DNA from: Daphnia carinata
Lineage: Eukaryota
DNA: 64,000 nt
NCBI RefSeq assembly: GCF_022539665.2
Contig: NC_081331.1
Location: 12,524,001 to 12,588,000 of the forward strand
Direction of reading: 5' to 3'
A program made the translations under genes and the position numbers. Below the pieces are notes generated by a model. The model did no database searches. It had not been told where the DNA came from and saw only the letters and a list, made by a program, of their open reading frames with translations. Of the stretch, positions 26,724 to 41,330 are shown one piece after another. Every line of letters starts with the position of its first letter. The first letter of the stretch is position 1.

Positions 26724-29057
26724 CTAGACACGGGTTCGTTTGTTCAGTTGTTGGGTCTCAGCTGCGCGAGGCCGTCCCTTAGCTCCTGCTCCGGTAGTAT
26801 ATGCTTGATTCCACGGTTGTTCTTCCGCAGAGCTGAATAGTGTAAAGACAATCAATTCCACCAACAAAATAGCGGCCGTCGTGAAGAAGACAATCTGCCA
26901 CGAATGGACGGTTTGCTATTGTGCAAAACAAGAAAGGTTACTTCATTTCTTGATCGGTGATTTGCTATTCATTTCTGCTTCACGCTTACATTTCCGTGAG
27001 TGAGGGCGCCGACAAAGACGGGCACGATGAAACCCGGAATAGTAGCGGCCGTGTTGGTGAGGGCGAGCAAAGTTCCGGCGTAGTTGGATGCCAAGTCTGT
27101 AGGATTAGCCAGTATGCCACAATACATGGCAGCCATGAACATGGTGCCGAGAGACATGAGGACTACAGCGGTAATTCGGTCGCATCCGGCCAAGCTAACA
27201 CCAATGAAACATAACGCCGGAAGTAACGAAGCTTTGCAAAAATACGAGTCACAATCAGGGAAATTTCCAAGTAATAATTCTCATTTTGGACCACACTTCT
27301 ATTACTCACCGACAGCTGTAGACAGCTTCCGGACGGACGTAGTGTTGATCCATTTCTTGTTTTTGCTGTAATCCATCAAGTTACTCCAAATGATACTGAA
27401 CACCCACAGGCAAAGGTAAGGTACGGCGGACAACAGAGAGTTCTGTTTATCATCAGAAATGTTAAGATTTCTTTGGATTTTGATAGAATTTCGGCAACCA
27501 TTACTTTGCCAATGTTGAAACGAAGGATGTGCTTCATGTAAGTTGGTAATTCAACGAGTAACATATACCATCCGAAATTATTGCACATGTGCGCAACTAG
27601 AAGGGCCCAGAACGGAACTGAAGTCGCAATGGCCTTCCATGGTACGGGTAAGTTCTATCAATTAACATTAGTGATGTATTTTTTGGCATAACTTGAAAGT
27701 TGTTGAGCGGCCGGATTTTAGGAAACGTACCGGACGTTTAGCACCACCATTTCCCATGCATTTTTCGAAGAGATTTCGCTCAGCCGGATGGATGCGTGGA
27801 TGATCTTTGGGCGAGTCAAACACGAGTAAGATCCACAAGATACACCAAATGGACCCTAGTCCACCTTGAACGTAGAAAACCGACTCCCAGCCGAATTTTT
27901 CCGCCAAAATTCCAGAGAACGGAAGGGCAATAACAGTCCCCAATGACATTCCTGAAAAACAAAAACAACCAAATATAATCGCAAACACGAGTAGGGATCG
28001 TACGGAATACTAACCAGCGTAGACGAGAGAAGATATTTTGTTGCGCTCGTTTGGCGGTGCCCATTTAGACAACAAGACTTGAAGGGCCGGCATAGAAACT
28101 CCCTGTTAAACAATAAATGTTTTCTTACAGAACGTTAAGTAGCGAATTCATTATCCAATTCTGGAGTAATGAACGTACGGCGCCCAATCCTTCGATGAAA
28201 CGGACGACCAACACGGCGATGTAACTGATATTGGCAGCCACAGGTGTCAAAAGGGTAAACAGTACGTTGACAAACACAGCAGCCCAGACGACCCATTTGG
28301 CTGAAAACATTTCGGCCATTCTTCCGCCGGGAATTTGAGTCACAATGTAGCCCCAAAAATATGCGCCAAGTATCAATCCTTGGATCGGTTCTGGCCATGG
28401 AAACGGGCCATCCTGCGTTTATGAAATACTCTATTTATTTTTTCCTGTAAAAAAATAAATACTACAGCAGGAATTTAGCCTCACTTGAGCGGAATCCGTC
28501 TGGTTTGTGTTTGTATTTGCTGGGCAAGCAAATTCCGAATTGCTACTCTCGTTCAAATGGGTATCGTTATTATGGCTATCGTGTGTTAATGCCATCTCGC
28601 TTAGAGCTGTACTGTTGACCTATATGCACAATCAGTGTTGTAACAATGAGTTGACACAGACAATTGATTACTGCTGATAGTACGTCAACGCGTCACTCAC
28701 CATCACGACAATAGCCACGCTCAAGTTGACCTAAGGGTGGCAATCACGTACGAAGATCAGACAGAAGAAAAAAAAAATTAACCAATCCATCATCATTAAG
28801 TCTAGTTGTTTTGTTTAGAATATAATAAATCGTCAAATACTTTTAAGCCATAGATGATTGCAAGACTGGCAGATGCCAAGAATGTGAAAACGTACCTAGC
28901 CGGCAGGCAAGCTGTGGAATAAATTAAGACAGAGTGCTTATAACGAATAAACAGACACCATGGCGGTTGTCGCTATCAACACACGCACACCTAAACAGAT
29001 CCACAGTAGTTTCACAAATAGATGCCTATAGACCTACTTACGGCCTCCTCTAGTCAT
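26724..29057 (-). CDS. SLC17/sialin-like MFS transporter, tandem copy 3
   Basis: MTRGG | CLPARYVF..IYGLK | [10 protein letters not shown] | ... [50 protein letters not shown]; stop at 26724-26726. Confidence 0.9.
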
Positions 29058-29752
29058 TTCAGCAGCTATTTTAAGATGAAATCAGAAACCCCACATCAAT
29101 CTTACACGTAGACCTGCTGCAACAGTAACTGGTTGAATGAAAGCTACCTTAGATACGCACAGACGTGCTAATACAAATAACGACCGGCTTTTATCTTATT
29201 CAGACGGAGAGAGTAAAAGAAAAGTTATAGGAGATAAGATATGCTATTGAAGATCAAAGATCACTTGATGAATCGTGCGTGATTGTTTTCACAAGCTTTT
29301 CAGACATACCGTAAATAATAATAAAGAACAATAGACACGATCCAGTGCGTTTATTTGACCAAAAATTTGTTTTGCATTTTTGGTTGTATGATAAATGATG
29401 TAAAAATGGGATTTAAAGCCGTTAGAAAATATGGAACACGAATTCATTTTAAATATGATACATAGCAGTGTAAAACAACGAACTGAACACAAATATATAT
29501 CTAATATCCAATAAGCCTTTACTATTGTAACACAGCCGAGCACGAAATTCAAATCGCAGAGGAGGGACAATCACGAGTTTGTACGCAAACTGTAGAAGAG
29601 TGTCACCACATGTTTACTGGATCTGAAGAACACAGGGAAGAAGAAAACATGGCGTTTCACGATTGACAAGATTCTTTGTCGAGATTGCGTTCCGTTTTTC
29701 AGCGATACCGGCCATCAAGAATTAGAATTGCACAAAAACCTGTTTGAATTCT

Positions 29753-32209
29753 TTAAGCACGGCTCGTCTGGTTCAATTTCTCTTCTTCGGGGGTCAGGTG
29801 GGTGCCGTTCTTTCCTTCAGCTGCAGCACTGTATGCTCGGTTCCAGGGTTGTTCTTCACCCGAAGCCAGTAAAGTGTATACAATCAATTCTACCAGTAAA
29901 ACTGCAGACGTCGTGAAGAAGATGATCTGCCATTGGCCGAGACTTTGCTGTAAATGGATGGTGAGCAATCATTAGCACGGAAATATCGTAGAAGATGTTA
30001 TGCAACTTACGTTTCCGTGTGTCATTTCACCGACAAAAACAGGCACGATGAAGCCTGGAATTGTGGCCGCTGTGTTGGTAAGAGCCATCAGAGTACCAGC
30101 ATAGTTGGATGCAATGTCGATATGATTGGAGAGGAAACCGCAATACATTCCGGCGATGAACATGGTACCGAGGGTCATGAGAGCTACAGCCGCTTGACGA
30201 TCGCAACCAGCAAAACTGACACCGACGAAGCACAAGGCCGGAAGGAGAGATCCTGATTGATGTATATGTAGTGTAACAAGAAGAATGAAAATGATATGTC
30301 ATCCTAGTGACTCACCGACGGCGGTGGAGAGTTTGCGAACGGTCGTCGTCGTGATCCATCCCTTGCTCTTGGCCCAATCCAGGCGGTTACTCCAAATGAC
30401 ACTGAAGAGCCAAAGCGAAAGGTATGGGACGGCAGAAAGTCCAGCATTCTAAAACATAGAGAAATTTTACAAAATGCAACATTCTAATTCTTGTTGTGTT
30501 TGATGTAATCATACCTCGCTGATATTGAATCGGAGAATGTGCTTCATGTAGGTAGGCAATTCGACGAGCAGCATGTACCAACCGAAATTGCTACAGGTAT
30601 GGGCCACAAGGATGGCCCAGAAAGGTCCGGATTTCAGGAGGGCTTTCCAAGGGACAGGCAAGTTCTGCAGATTCCTTCGTGATTAATTGCTTGATCTATT
30701 TTTAGGGTCCTATTTTCAACTAACCGCATGTCCGTGACCGCCACCACCACCTTGCATCGAAGATTCAAAGAGCTCCAACTCTGCCGGATGGATGCGCGGA
30801 TGATCTTGAGGGGAATCGTAGACAAAAATGAGCCATAGAAGACACCAAATCATGGCCAGACCTCCTTGCACGTAGAAAACTGCTTCCCAACCAAACGCAG
30901 CGGCCAAAATTCCGGAAAATGGGAGAGAGATGACGGTACCGAGCGCCATTCCTATCGATCGCCAATGGAACTTTAATCGTAATACGAACTCAATTTTGTC
31001 AGCGATTAGACCTTACCTGCATAGGCCAAGGAAGAGATCATGTTTCTCTCCTGTGGAAGAGCCCATTTTGTCAACATAACGTGAATGGCCGGAAGAGAAA
31101 CGCCCTGCATTGAACATTATTCATGTAAGATGTCCACTTTGTTTTGCAGGAAAAAATAAATATAATTATATTACAGCGCCTAATCCTTCAATGAAGCGAA
31201 CAACAAGAACGGCTATGTAACTAAAGTTAGCCGCCAGAGGTGTAAGAATCGTGAAGACTACATTAATGAGAACGGAGCCCCAGATGACCCACTTGGCAGA
31301 GAACATTTCAGCAACTCGACCACCAGGAATTTGAGTCAGAATATAGCCCCAGAAATAGGCTCCTAATACCAATCCCTGCGTCGGCTCTGGCCACGCGAAA
31401 GGTCCGTCCTGCATCAACAATACGTTTATATTTATATTTGGATGACCTTCATCATTGAAAATAATTGTAACAAAAAAAAAAAATGGTTTCTTCCGCGTAC
31501 TCCAAAAGGAATGCATTTTCAATTAGGCAAATAGGGGTTGTTCGATCACCTGTACAGCTACTGTAACGTTGGACCCTGTGTCGGGAGCTGGACAAGCGAA
31601 TTCGGGACTGACTGATGCTGATTCATTTGTTCCGTGATGACTGTTATGATGGTCATCAGAAGCCAATGCCATCAAAGCCAATTCGGTCGAGTTGATCTAA
31701 CCAGATAAACACATAAATTAATCAGTTCAATTCGAATAAAATTGGCAAAAGAGTCTGTTCATTTACCATGACGACGATGGCTACACTCAAGTTCACCTGG
31801 AATAGTAAACAAAACAGAAAAAGAAATGAATGTTTTTTTTTTTCACCAGAATGATATAAATCAGAAATAAAGACTATACTTTCAATCCGTAAATGATAGC
31901 CAAGCCGATAGAGACTAAAGCTGTGAAAATGTAGCGAGCCGGGAAGCATGCTTCAAAAAGGAAATAAAAAATTAGAATAATTAGTATTTCTTATGTGAAA
32001 GCAAAAATGGTATAGTCTTTTAATTAACCAAACAACGTAACGCGAACCTCAACAGAAACCACATTGCCTAAAATGGAATCGTCATCAATAAATATTGATT
32101 GGCTTCACATGGTTCTAAATCAACCCGACACCGGTGCTGCCGGTCCGTATCAAGCTACAGTTCAAATTTCAATAAAAAAATGGAAATACTCACGTCCGCC
32201 TTCAGCCAT
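29753..32209 (-). CDS. SLC17/sialin-like MFS transporter, tandem copy 4
   Basis: MAEGG | [13 protein letters not shown] | [10 protein letters not shown] | ... [41 protein letters not shown]. Confidence 0.9.
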
Positions 32210-34293
32210 AATGCCGCGCTGTTTTGCAGTTAGCACACTGAACGTACACTGTACAACAAAACGCCGTTAGCTTTTGAGACTGTTTATCGATCGTCGGATC
32301 CCGCGTGTGCGTGCAGGAAAGAACGAGAAAGAGAGAGCAAGGAAAAGCGTCTGCTCGACACAGACACTGTCGACCTACTGATTCGACTAGAACGAACTCG
32401 AATGGATTGGTCTGGGTTGACGCCACTGCTTTTGACTCCTAGCTGCTGCACTGGTCTCACGTGTCAAGCGACTGAATCTCAATCTGAATTACAGCTGAGA
32501 AGAGGAGACCAGTTTAGACTAGATGCCCTCACCCTGCCACTGACCAGACAATTATTATAATGACGACAAAGAAACCTCCATTTCCCATAACACTTTTCTG
32601 CGAATTGCTTCATGTTTAATTGGCAAAGAATAAACGATATTGAATCTAAAAAGGAAGCTTTTAATTGTTCTGTGAGGTGGTTACCCAGAGTCACGTAACT
32701 AGAAATCGTGGCCGACTGTCGATGCAAGGACGCCGAGAGGGCGTCACAAGGGCGGTCGCACGAGGTGTTGCCACGGCGACGGCGAACGAAAGAAAAAGAA
32801 ATGAAAAAGCTATACTAAGCGTAGAGAAAACCAAAAGGAAAGGAAGTAGAGAGGGGAGGAGGCGCGTGTGTAGGGACAACGGGTACATAGTAATACTACC
32901 ATGTCGAGCATGCGTGTATCTGTCTATTTACTGAGGCAACCGACTCAAAACAGGCCGACGTGCGTTTACCCTTCAGTTGCGTCATTGCCAGCGGACTACA
33001 GGTTACGTCAAGGTCGTTTACAAAAAGAACTGTCTGCCTCATTGTGCTAATCGAATACCAATTTACTTCTATCTTTATAGCAGTTTGTTAAGGCAAATAG
33101 CTGGAACAACAAGTTGCTACGCGCGACAGGTTAGGTTAACCATCTCTACAAATGGGAAGGGCGTCGGCCAGAACTGTTACAAGTTGTCCTTATTTTTGTG
33201 ACGAAAACTGTGTCGAAAAGGAGTGACGTTAGCTGGAGCGTGAACAAATGCCGTTGACGACAAAGGCTGCTGTTTCCAGCCTCCTTTGTTATAGGCCTCA
33301 GAGAAGCTGTACTACATTGTAAAAAAATGTTTGTTTTTTTCACCATCCACGTATTGTGGTGGTGTTGTTTTGGCAACACAAAATAACGAAGTATAATAAT
33401 AGATATCCCGTTTTCAGGTCATTGCTCTCGAAAAGCTTCACGGTTTCGATTATTAGTTGATATCGGACGACGAAGCATGTTCATTTTTAGTTTCGTTCAT
33501 CAATTAATGCCAAATTTTCACGTTCATGAAACGATCAGGAAAAACAACTGGAAAATCTTATGCTCACGTGAATGGACCGTGACCCAAAGGGTATGTGTAG
33601 TGTACGACACGCAAGTGGCACGTTGCCCGGCTTTCCCAACCTTTTCTCTGATTCTCTTACGTCTTAATATTCAGCACACGCCACTGGAAAGTCAGGCGTA
33701 CTTTTCTTTCCTGGACAACAAAAAATGTTGAAGGCATAAGTCTTCTGTGGTGTGCAAAAAGTCGAGAGACCATAGCGACAAGGTTAGCCTGTTGCCCAGT
33801 TCTAATACTTTTGGGGATGTTATGAAGATAACAAAACCCAATATCCTGATCTGTTTATAATGAGACTCATGGGATATAACGAGAGCAGAAGTTTAATCAA
33901 ATTAACAAAAAGAGAAAGCCAAAAATTGAATAGTTAACCTCTTTTAAAGGAGCCAACATGTGATGTGTCCATGCCCTTTTTGACCGTATAAATGGGTCAT
34001 CAGGAAAATAACAGATACCGTACACAGAAAGCAATTTCAAGTTCACGTCAAGATTGGAAACTAGATTGCCTGAAACCCTATTTTTTTTCCTTAAAGCCAA
34101 CTCACGACTACGCAACGATTTATCACTCTCGGTTAGGGTTGGGCCATCTAGTGTTCGAACGAGTAGTACTGCATTTTTCCGGCTTTTAAACTTTTAATTG
34201 CTGAAACCTATTAACAACAAGACATTTCAATAACAAAGTCCTATTTTAACAAAACCACGCTAGTATCATTGGGCTATTTTAAAAACTCCGTCT

Positions 34294-37076
34294 CTAGGCT
34301 CCAGCACTTTGATTCGAATGATTCTGCTGTTGCTGCCGGATCAGGTTCCAGTAAAGACCACGTTTTTCCACAAGGCTTTTGTGAGTGCCCAACTTAAAAG
34401 CAAACAAATGCGTATACGTCTTTAAATCTGCAGTCTGAGTTTTAAACGACAATTGGGAAGGGGATTTGCCAACGCGCGACAAGAGATTTTGTTTGTTTTA
34501 AGTACAGGATAAACGAGGATTTACGATGGATAAAGTTGGTTACCTCGGCAATAGTTCCGTTAGAGACCACTGCAATAATGTCCGCGTTCTGGATGGTACT
34601 CAAGCGATGTGCAACAATCAGAACGGTTCTGCCCGCCGCAACCTTGTCCAGAGCATCTTGTACAAGCTTCTCTGATTCAGCATCTAAAGCGGAAGTCGCT
34701 TCGTCCAAGATGAGAATAGACGGATTTTTCAATAGTGCCCGGGCAATAGCGATGCGTTGCTTTTGACCACCAGAAATGGTCACGCCCCTTTCTCCTACGC
34801 GCGTCGCGTAACCATTGGGGAAGGACCGGATGAAATCATCAGCGTTAGCCAGTTTGGCTGCTTCCATCACTTCAAAGTCCGAGGCCGAGGGTTTACCATA
34901 CCGGATATTCTCTAATATGGATGTGGCGAATAAAATTGGCTCCTGATTAATGAAACCAATCGCTCGTCCACGTAGCCATGTCGGATCCAGGTTCTTGATG
35001 TTATGACCATCGATTGTAATTGCTCCGCTATCTGTATCATAGAACCTATTGCAAAAATTTATCAAATGAAGTTTTAAGAGATAAATGTTTAATGAACATA
35101 CTACCTTTCCAGCAACGCTGCGACAGTGGATTTACCACCGCCAGAGCTGCCAACCAAAGCGACGACTTTGCCCGCTGGCAGGGTTAGTGTGAAATCCTTC
35201 AACACTTTCTATTTAAATAGACATAATGGGATAATCAAACAAATTTGACATTTACTTGTTGTCTATTACTTGATCTTGGCGAGTGGGGTATGAAAAATGA
35301 ACATTCTTGAATTCCACTTGGCCAAAAAGGGAGTGGAAGGGAATAATTTTGCCTCCATGGAGAGGGATTCTAGGCTCGAGGTGGGTGTACTGTCAAATAT
35401 GATTAAATTAGTAACAGAACTATCAAAGTTAAGAAGCGTATAAATAGGAATTACCTCAAAAACTCGAGAGCCAGCGGATGTACCACGAACGTAATGGCCA
35501 AAGAGGAGAGAGAGCTGCGCTAAAGACCTCTGAATAGTTTGCGTAGCGACTAGGAAGGCCATGAGATCACCCGGTTTGATCTGACCTGACGACAGTAAAG
35601 ATCCGCCAATACCTACTGTTCCAAGAACGATGCCATTGAGAAAAAGATTTGCACCTGACTGCAGAAAACCTCACGTCACAAAATTGTAAGCTCAAAACTT
35701 GTTATTTCATATACCTGGAATAGTCCAATGCCCATGCCAAGATTCTCTTGCATTGTCCTTGCTTTTTCCAATTCTTGTGCATACAATTCCATTTCTTTCT
35801 CTTCCATTGCAAAGGCCCTAACAGTTCGAATGTTGCTTAACGCTTCATCACAAACCGCTGTCGACTTGGCCACCTTTCAAGAATTTAAGATCAGAATGTG
35901 ACAATCATATTAAGCCATATTAAATCATGTTAAGCCTCCTACCTGAGCTTGAGCAGCGCGTGATTGGTTCCTTAAAAATTTCCCTAATAAGCTTCCCACT
36001 CCTATAACCGCTGGAACTATAGTTGCCATATACAGAGTCAATGGGGGGCTGATAAGATACATAGACACCATGCAACCAATTGTTTGGGTGATACTCCTTA
36101 GCCCTTGTGAAACACAAAGCTTGAAAGAACTCTTAAAGTCTTGTACGTCAGTAGTCAATCTGTAGTGGAAAAGAAACCATTAATGATGTGCGGACTAATT
36201 ATTAGCAAAAGACGTAAAAAAAAACACCTGTTAACAAGTTCTCCCGTCCTATGACTGTCAAAGAACGCTATATCCTGACGAACTATAGCGGAAAAGAGAT
36301 CTTGACGGAGCTGGCAGGCCATACGCTCACCAACACATGACAATGTATGGATGTAAACGAATGTAAAGGCCGCTTGGGCGACATACATAATGCCGAGCCT
36401 CATTGCTGGTACTTTTAGCTCTTGCCAGTAGTTTTCTACGGCACTTTCAGCGTCGTTATTCAGATGGTTGGAGACAACATTGATCATATCTCCCAGCAAC
36501 CGAGGAATTTCAATGTTTAGAATTGCCACGACAAAAGCACTCTAGCAAGAAAAGAATCATTTAATGTAATGATTTTAAAAAGCTGTAAAATAACATACTG
36601 AAACAGCAATGATGAGATACCACCAGTGTGGCCTTAAAAGTTCCCAAAATCTGTGCCAGTCAAATTTGGGTTGTTTGCTTTGTTCATCTTCAATAATTCT
36701 TGATGTAAGCTTTGCTTCACAGTAAACCCGACTTTCAGAGTTGAACAGCTGTTTTCCTACAATTAATCCTGCTCCGCAAGAGAGTCCCAATAACCTAAGT
36801 GATATGGATGATGTCTCCTTGGCAGCTGTTTTTGTTGACTGGGTACTGAAGGTCTGCTTGACACTTTGCACTGCTTTGCATTTTAATGTCTTGAATAGGT
36901 ACCTTTGGGAGCTAAATAATTTATAGATTTAATTTTGAGAGGAACCACTTGCAAAAATGTTTACTAATCAAGCAACCTAAAAGAGCATTAAACAAATGAC
37001 AGTGACCTCCTTACCCAAGACGCGCACTTGTATGTGAAGTTTGATTAAGCAAATTTATGATTCTACAAATTATCAT
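34294..37076 (-). CDS. ABCB8: Mitochondrial ABC half-transporter ABCB8 (MitoSUR)
   Basis: Basic presequence-like N-terminus; [54 protein letters not shown]; Walker [10 protein letters not shown]; signature [24 protein letters not shown]. The start codon at 37076 is less certain. Confidence 0.92.
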
Positions 37077-37450
37077 GGTACCAATAATGTGTAAATTTTT
37101 TTAGAAAAGGCAGGTAGGCATATGAAAACACTGTTTTAAAACTAGAAAGTTACCAAAAACTTGTAGAATTACCAGGAGCAGACGACGCAAAATAAGTGTT
37201 GACTACACCACTAACTCCATAGTTGCGCAATGTTTTCATTCTGACTGAGCAATCCTGCCGTTAGTCTCATTTGAAATTGTTAGTCGTTGTATTGAAATTT
37301 TTCCTTCAGACTAAAAAACCATAAATGATTCTGAATAAACTGTTATTAGCATAAGGGTAAATAGTTAATGTACTGACTCGAAATTAAATAATTTATAACA
37401 CAGCTTCTTCTGAAGCGCTCTTTTAACGAAACCGAAACCGCGTTAGCATA

Positions 37451-38737
37451 TCAGCAAAATATTCCAAAAACACATTTGGGAGGGATCTTGCTTTTTGGGA
37501 TGCAAGGAAGCTGATTACGGTAGACGTTACTGGTAACTTTGTGGGATATTGCCAATTGTTTTGAAGACCGGGTCTGCCAGATAGCTGTCTTCCGCACAAA
37601 GCAAGAATTTAATTGACCTTTCTCTGGGATATCTGGATGGTAGTATCTGCAGAAAGATTAAAAACTACAGTCAGAAGGTAAAATACGTTTAATTATATTT
37701 GACTACTTTGGGTGGGTTTGTAGAGTAACGTTTGCTTTGCTAGCGCACAAGCCGGTTAAATAAATATCTTCGATCCAGAAGAACGGCGTTGTCTGAGTGG
37801 CTCCTAGAAGAGGTGTGATGGATTGACCGGATATAGCATAACAGCCGCCCATGAGATAACTAGGATAACGGGGCCAAGGCCATACTAGCCGGCTAACGTA
37901 ATGTTTCTGACCTGGTAATAAAAATCGCCATAAGTTTAGCTTTTATTAACTCCGGAAAAAGCACGTACTTTTCCATCTCTCAGCAAATAGAGTAGGCACT
38001 GGAGTGCCATAAATGCTTCTAGTGGCGTTGATAGCTGGAAGAATTTTCATGAAAACGTTCCAGTTGATGTAATTGTCATCATCGCACTTGAGGACCAGTT
38101 CAGCACCCGGACAGTGACTATGCGTCCAATGTAGCATGGCTACACTCTTTAACGTCAAATTTGCGTAAGTGTCAACAACGTTCACTTGCACCAAATCTTC
38201 ATGCTGGGCATTTTCCTTCTTCAACTGCTCCGTTGTAACTTTATTCTCGTCACGAGTTGATCCTACCAGAAAAATCACTTGTATCCAGTCCACATTTAGT
38301 ACACTTGGGCTAGCCCACGTTCTTCGGATCAAGTCTCTTTTGGCCGAATGTTCTGCAGCCGAAATCACCACAATTAGCAAAGTTTTGTTATAGTCTTCTG
38401 TATTCGTAGATCGAGCGTCCCAGTGACGACATTTGAATTTCCCATTGAGATTAATATCAATAGGATAAACAAACGAAAGAACATCGTTGATAACTTGTTC
38501 TTTACTATTTGGCTCAAGTGGGGAGACAAATGGTATGGGCTTTAAACCCAGTCGTTCGATAGTGTAATTCGTGTATCCAATTAGTGAGCTTTTCCTCAAA
38601 ATATCAGAATGTTTTGCCTCTAAACGAGTTAGCTTTGGCTGATGTTCGAACCGACCTACCAGGAAGAAAAACAGGATAAGAATTATGATGAACCACACTC
38701 CGCTGGATACCCATTTTTTAACAGATCTCTTCAGCAT
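37451..38737 (-). CDS. Beta-1,3-galactosyl/glycosyltransferase (GT31), 3 exons
   Basis: Type II TM anchor; VVISAAEH..KRDLIRRTW; DLVQ..DTYANLTLKS; VLKCDDD; WPWPRYP..GGCY; EDIYLTG; TGA at 37451-37453. Confidence 0.9.
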
Positions 38738-39816
38738 CTTGGCAGATTTGCACTGGTGACACTGTTTTGATTTGCAGAAGATAAAACTAAACGTCTAATT
38801 CCCTGTGTATCAAAGAAACAAATGCAAAACGCATTAAGGTAGGGAACTTTACCGCTTTCTGATTGGTTGCTTTACCTTTTACCTTAACAGGCACCTTTTA
38901 GCATTTTTTTTATTTTCAGTTGCTTACTTCCGCAAACCGCATTGCCGAAACAAATTTAGCCTTATTCACCAAGAGGTGCATTTACAAGAAGGCAGTAGCC
39001 AAGTGTTGGCAACTGTACACTGATTTATTGGGAGGTGGACAGGGAAGGGTGCACCTTTTAAGAAATTTGTTTTACGGACCATGAAGTTCTTTGAATTAAA
39101 AAAAGACAAGAGGAATTAGTGGAGCGTACTGTGTGTCTATGAATAGTTCATTTTACCATCTTGTTACAATGGTTTTTGCTTGCCGGCGGAAACTTAAATT
39201 TATTTCAAAGAGAGATGGCATGGTGTAACAATTAAAATCCCTACTTTATAAGGTATCCAGTTACAAACAGAGATCAATGGTCGATTCGCTCTATAGTCAT
39301 CTAAACTTGAGAGAGTCTTGAACCGAAAAACAAAAACTGGAGCTCTGTGAACAGTTCCTTTTTTCGTGAGTTCAATGACGACAAGAGGGCAGTCTTTATT
39401 GCCATAGTACGATTTCAGTGAAACGAGGCCGTTATGTCGGTAATGCTCGGTGGAATGAAAAATGCGCCAGATGCAGCACGGAAGAGCAAAGGCAATCTAG
39501 CAACATAATTTCTAAGTGAATCACTAGCCGTCTATACATTATGGAAACGCAAGGCTATGGTGCACAGTACAAGTTTAACCTTCAATTTTAGTGCTTGTTT
39601 TTGTTGTGTTCTATAGTATTCATATTCAATATCCGTGTGGGGCGAAGGAAATGGATTGATCAATAAGAGTGCTAGGATCAGGTAGTTACATTTCAAAGCC
39701 CAATTGCAATCGATTCAATCATCCAGATAAACTATTGCGAGTAGGACTGGAAGCTCTTAATGTGAATGAATCGAATTTTTGTTTGCCTGCTTGAATTTGA
39801 TTTGGACAATAAAGCT

Positions 39817-41330
39817 ATGAAGTATCCGTTCACTCATTCGGAATTTTTGCGAAGGTTCAACAAGAAAAGTGTCTTTGTTAAATTGTTTGTTCTGACCGTG
39901 ATTGCGGTATGTATATTCATTATTCGCTTTAACCCCTCTCGATTCCCTATTAATGTTCCAGTACGTCAACTGACGAATAAGCCAAAGGTAGCCATTGTCA
40001 ACAACAGTGCAGTGGTTGGGCACGTTCATAACACACGTCGACGTGTGTTAGGTTATACTGGTTACACGATTCAGCGACTTGGCCTCAAACCAATACCACT
40101 CACGTCTTCACTTCAATCCAATAACGTAGAGCCCGTTGTCAATGATGTACTGTCCTTTATTTATCCTATCGACATTAGTGCCCAGCAAAAGTTTAAGTGT
40201 CGGGAATGGGCAAATCGATCGATTGAACTTGTTCCAAACGTTAAAAGAACTCTGCTGATTATAGTGGTCTCTGCTGCCGAACATTCTGCTAAAAGAGATT
40301 TGATCCGCAAAACATGGGCAGGTCCAAGTCTGCGCAAAGAAGAGGAGATCCAGTTGATTTTTCTGGTTGGATCAACTCTTAATGAAGATAAAGTGATTAA
40401 GAATCGGCTCGAGAATGAAAATGAAAAATACGAAGACGTGGTGCAGGTGAATGTTATCGACACGTATGCAAATTTAACGTTAAAGAGTGTCGCGTTGCTC
40501 CATTGGGCTTACAGCCATTGTCCAGCTGCTCAATTGGTTCTGAAGTGTGATGACGACACTTACCTAAATTTTCACGTATTGAGTAAATTGATTAACAAGC
40601 AACAACTTAAGCCCATGAATCGCCTCTACGGATTAGGAATTATGGAAGACAGTCCTCAAAGAGATCCAAGTACGTACCCCGCATACGTTTCTAACAGTTA
40701 TTTTGACAGCGCATAATTCAAATCTATTTTTAGACAACAAGTACTACATCAGTAGACATGTTTGGCCATGGTCCAAGTATCCAGCCTTTCTTTCCGGCGG
40801 TGGCTATCTTTTAGGTGCGTATGATTTGGGGCCACCTTATTCGGCTTTTGATTAATGTTTATCGGATTCTGTGCGTGTATTAACAGGTCGGGACACTATT
40901 CAACCTTTATTAGCTGCCGTACAGACTACACCGCTTTTTCCTTTGGAAGGTATAGTCGAACAGTTTTTTTGTTCTTGAATATTTGTCGATTGTATGTATG
41001 AATATGAAATGTCGTTTCCATTCCAGATGTATATCTTACAGGAATTTGCGCCCGAAAAGCCCGCATCAAATCTCTTTCATCTCGAAGGTAAGAAGCGAAA
41101 GAAATATCTGCATATTCCTTTATCTTTCAAACCCATATATCGTTTCTAAATGAATCAGAATTTACGAGCGCTTTATTCCCAAAAAATTGGATGCCTGTTT
41201 CGTCCGTTCCACTGCCATGTGGCAGACACAATCCAAAGTTCAGTTTCTTCAATCGCACGATATTGTTTCACTCGTCTATCGACGTAATTTAACTTGTCGC
41301 ATTGCCTGTAAATACTTAGGAATTTGCTGA
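39817..41330 (+). CDS. Beta-1,3-galactosyl/glycosyltransferase (GT31), 5 exons, divergent paralogue of the previous gene
   Basis: TM anchor; SAAEHSAKRDLIRKTW; DTYANLTLKS; LKCDDD; WPWSKYPAFLSGGGY; LEDVYLTG; TGA at 41328-41330. Confidence 0.9.

Noticed and set aside
14253..33570. CACGTG E-boxes upstream of SLC17 genes as clock or Mondo control sites
   Set aside because: The count is not clearly above chance for a 6-mer, and none lies just upstream of tim.
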